Shown: positions 63,190 through 64,000 of the stretch, in pieces | Position numbering within the stretch: position 1 is the stretch's first letter | How the letters are laid out: the number at the start of each line of letters is the position of its first letter | From: the human T2T-CHM13v2.0 reference genome, Homo sapiens | DNA length: 64,000 nucleotides | Strand: one strand, 5' to 3' | NCBI RefSeq assembly: GCF_009914755.1 | Contig: NC_060934.1 | Translations under genes and position numbers: made by a program | Notes under the pieces: model-generated | Told to the model about the DNA's origin: nothing | Database searches by the model: none | Seen by the model: the letters and a program-made list of their open reading frames with translations, nothing else

Positions 63190-63662
63190 GGCCAGGCACA
63201 GTGACTCATGCCTGTAATCCCAGTACTTTGGGAGGCTGAGGCGGACAGATCACCTGAGGTCAGGAGCTCAAGACCAGCCTGGCCAACGTGGCAAAACCCT
63301 GAAAACTACTAAAAATACAAAAATCAGCCAAGTGTGGTGGAGGGTGCCTGTGGTCCCGGCTACTTCAGAGGCTGAGGCAGGAGAATCGCTTGAACCCAGG
63401 AGTCAGAGGTTGCAGTGAGGCGAGATCACGTCACTGCACTCCAGCCTGGGCGACACAGCGAGACTCTGTCTCAAAAAAAGAAAAGGAAAAAAAGGCATTT
63501 AACACAAAATTAGCTGGGTGTGGTGGCGTGTGCCTGTAGTCCCAGCTATTCAGGAGGCTGAGGTGGGAGAATCATCACTTGAGCCCAGGAAGAATTTCAG
63601 TGAGCCAAGACTACACTACTGCACTCCAGCCTGGGTGACAGAGCAAGACCCTGTTCCCAAAC
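63190..63662 (+). mobile_element. Alu (63190-63493) followed by an extra right monomer (63504-63662)
   Basis: Consensus match for both parts. Confidence 0.92.
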
Positions 63663-64000
63663 CAAAGCATTTAGCTCTGTGTGTATAGCCTTGGAATAAA
63701 TGTTAATTCAACGTAACATCACATTTAAGATAAAAGGTTCATAAGTGCACATACACATAAAACACATAAAGACAAACATATTGCCAAAGAATTCACAAAA
63801 GCACTTGGGTATATAAACACAGACGTCCCTCTAACATTCAGAGAGATTTTTGTAGAGATTCCCCCAGTATGAAATCTGTAATCACCATAACACATTAATT
63901 ACAACAGTGATGGAAGACTGCCAACAGTGTCCCTGAAAGAATAGTACCTTAGGCCAAACTCATCTTTGGTACTTACTATTCTCCACTCTTCCCCCCTTTC

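Overview
Primate (most likely human) genomic DNA: AT-rich, CpG-depleted and repeat-rich, with about 28 Alus plus L1, L2, L3/CR1, MIR, MaLR/ERV1 LTRs and hAT DNA transposons. The window lies inside the 5' part of USP6NL (RN-tre, a TBC-domain Rab GAP) on the minus strand. Two shared coding exons are visible: 6910-6977 ([23 protein letters not shown]) and 4796-4878 ([27 protein letters not shown]). Two alternative first coding exons both end in phase 1 and join exon 6910-6977 in frame: 11599-11653 (MRTEAVVNSQGQTDYLTKD) and 53056-53128 (MIQVLQIVKELVTPSRQKAATVKED). The canonical 'MN' start exon and the downstream exons are not in the window. None of the supplied ORFs is a real gene; they come from repeats or chance. 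I see no wholly new system. The best leads are the N-terminal switch with uORF-loaded leaders (an ATF4-like layout at the distal exon), a candidate 17-nt frameshifting microexon at 31631-31647, closely spaced inverted Alus, and a few odd insertion structures. Repeat family calls and boundaries were made by eye from remembered consensus sequences and are approximate.
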